A stretch of DNA of 59,323 nt from Malassezia furfur (taxonomy: Eukaryota), in assembly GCA_052055015.1 (NCBI GenBank), contig JBQJIT010000023.1, one strand, 5' to 3'. Below are positions 57,657 to 59,323 of the stretch, piece after piece (the stretch's first letter is position 1; the number at the start of each line of letters is the position of its first letter). The notes beneath the pieces are model-generated. The model saw nothing but the letters and a program-made list of their open reading frames with translations, was not told the DNA's origin and did no database searches. Both the position numbers and the translations under genes were made by a program.

Positions 57657-59323
57657 CTAGCGAACGACGAGCTTGCGTTTCCGCTGCGCACGCGCGTCGA
57701 GCTTTTCGCGCACGGCAGCCTCGTCAAGCTGGTCGAGGGGCACGTCGCTGCGCTCGAGCAGTTCGGCGGTGCGGTTCGCTGTCTCCTGCTGGCGCACGTA
57801 GCGCAGCGCCGCCAAATTGAAGCCAAGTAGCGTTTTTTGCTTGGCGAGCACGTCGCGCAGGTGCGTGCGCAGGCGCACGAGCGCCGTGCGCATCACGCGA
57901 TTGGACACGATCTGTGCATGGTGCGTGCGCAGCAAGAAGAAGAGGATGCGCGCGGCGAGCGACACATTCCACTCCTTGGTGACCCACACGTCGATGAACG
58001 AGAGCAGCGTCACGACCTGGTCGAACGGCAGAACAAGCAGCGCGTCCTCGAGGTGCGTCGACGGGATCTTTTCGACAACACGGAGCACGTATTTGTGCGT
58101 GTTGACCTCCTCGATGTTGTCCGTGAATACCGCCTGAATTACCGGGTTCACCGGAACGCTGTTGGCTGGTTGTCCCGCGCGCTCGGCAGCCTCACGCTGC
58201 GCCAAGTCCTCGCGCGCTGTGTTGATCGCGTCGAGGAGGCGCTCGCCGGCCATGAGCGATTCGGTAGAGGCTTTGGACACGGCGGTCGCCTCGGCGCCCG
58301 CCGGGCGCGGCACTTCGTCGGCACCTTCGGCGAGCTCGCCGATACCAAGCTCCTCGGGTGCGGGTGCCGCCGACTCGTACATCTCCTCGAGCTCCTTTTC
58401 GCGCTCTTCCTCGAGGAAGAGCGGCTCGTCGGTCTTCTCCCATACGCGGATGCTGCGGTCGCCGCCAGCGGTGACCACCACGCGCCCCTGCGCACCGGTG
58501 GCCAGCGCCCAGATCTCGCTGTGGTGCCCCTGAAGCGTCTGGATTAGGACGAAGCGGTCGCCGTCCCAGTACTTGAGCTTGCTGTCTTTGCTCACCGTCC
58601 AGAAGCGATGCGACGCACCCTCGCGCCCACCCATCAGGCCGCCGCCCTGCTGTCCGTGCTCAAACGCAATGTTCATGATGCTGTCGTCGTGCGCGAACAA
58701 GCTCTTGTGGCAGTCACCAAAGTCCAGGCCCCAAATCTTCACGTTTTTGTCCGCGGAGCACGTCACGCACAGTTTCGAGTCGTCCGAAATGTCGAGCGCA
58801 AGCACGGGCAGCTTATGACCGTACAGGCTCAGAAAGAACTTGAGTGTATCCGCGTAAAACACCTTGACCGTGTTGTCGAGCAGCGAAATGGCGAGCAGCT
58901 TGCCGTTCGGCGAGAAGCGCGCACACAGCACGTCGTCGGCGACCTTGAGCGTGCGCGTGTGCACGAGTGCAAGCTGCGGCGCACTGGGCGCCTCGCCGTC
59001 ACTTGCGGACGCCTCGGGCGGCGCCATCTCAAACTCCCAGAAGCGCACCTCCTTGTCGGCGCTGCATGTCACCGCGCTCTGACCGTCGGGGTGCACGACG
59101 CAGCTCCAAATCGGGCCGGCGTGCGCCTCGAGCGTCTCAATGGCGAGGCCCGCAGGGACGTCAAAGGTGTGCAGTGTGCCGTCCTTGCACCCAACCAGCA
59201 CGTAGCGATCGCCCGGCAGCCAAGTGACGCACAGCGCATACGAGGACACGGGCAGCGTGCGGATGCAACGCCCGGTGTGCACGTTCCACACCTTGAGCTG
59301 CCCGCTGCCGCACACGCTCGCAA
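57657..59323 (-). CDS. DIP2: U3 snoRNP WD40 protein Dip2/Utp12; 5' end outside the window
   Basis: LKFFLSLYGHKLPV, SADKNVKIWGLDFGDCHKSLFAH, LEEEREKELE and Utp12 domain LEDALLVLPF...LGFNLAAL. Confidence 0.95.
   Translation of the reverse strand, partial: ASVCGSGQLKVWNVHTGRCIRTLPVSSYALCVTWLPGDRYVLVGCKDGTLHTFDVPAGLAIETLEAHAGPIWSCVVHPDGQSAVTCSADKEVRFWEFEMAPPEASASDGEAPSAPQLALVHTRTLKVADDVLCARFSPNGKLLAISLLDNTVKVFYADTLKFFLSLYGHKLPVLALDISDDSKLCVTCSADKNVKIWGLDFGDCHKSLFAHDDSIMNIAFEHGQQGGGLMGGREGASHRFWTVSKDSKLKYWDGDRFVLIQTLQGHHSEIWALATGAQGRVVVTAGGDRSIRVWEKTDEPLFLEEEREKELEEMYESAAPAPEELGIGELAEGADEVPRPAGAEATAVSKASTESLMAGERLLDAINTAREDLAQREAAERAGQPANSVPVNPVIQAVFTDNIEEVNTHKYVLRVVEKIPSTHLEDALLVLPFDQVVTLLSFIDVWVTKEWNVSLAARILFFLLRTHHAQIVSNRVMRTALVRLRTHLRDVLAKQKTLLGFNLAALRYVRQQETANRTAELLERSDVPLDQLDEAAVREKLDARAQRKRKLVVR

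Overview
This is a eukaryotic, fungal window. It is GC-rich and extremely gene-dense, with about 36 protein genes in 59 kb. Most spliceosomal introns are only 21-37 nt (GT(A/G)(C/G/T)GT...CT(A/G)AC...CAG). This pattern and the protein sequences point to a Malassezia-like basidiomycete yeast (inferred, not searched). The genes are core housekeeping: myosin I tail, PFA4, PEX19, SET methyltransferase, TLC protein, LEU4, TKL1, NDUFAF2-like, LIN1, CLP1, WW protein, PP1, EMC2, complex I NUUM-like subunit, sulfotransferase-like, SLX1, SYO1, NAK kinase, ECM3-like transporter, SRP14, DUF726, GH18 chitinase, WDR70, SHQ1, IPA1/UBE3D, uS15m, SYG1, EXO84, DOP1, OSH3, GYP5-like, HAC1-like bZIP, RPS8, SurE and DIP2/UTP12. 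There are also two intron-containing tRNA-Arg(ACG) genes. The most interesting signals are hidden RNA elements. (1) An H/ACA guide RNA fills the unusually long (160 nt) IPA1/UBE3D intron, with a pocket complementary to the U2 snRNA branch-point recognition region, in the gene right next to the H/ACA chaperone SHQ1. (2) A second H/ACA-like RNA, apparently itself spliced, lies 1.5 kb away. (3) The HAC1/Cib1-like bZIP carries a 56-nt Ire1-type non-spliceosomal intron and a UPRE in its promoter. (4) The tandem tRNA introns show a compensatory base change. The window also shows extreme compaction: overlapping stop codons, start codons sharing one CATG, and 3-, 4- and 12-nt micro-exons. No mobile elements or CRISPR arrays were seen. 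All exon models were built by eye from splice motifs and frame restoration.
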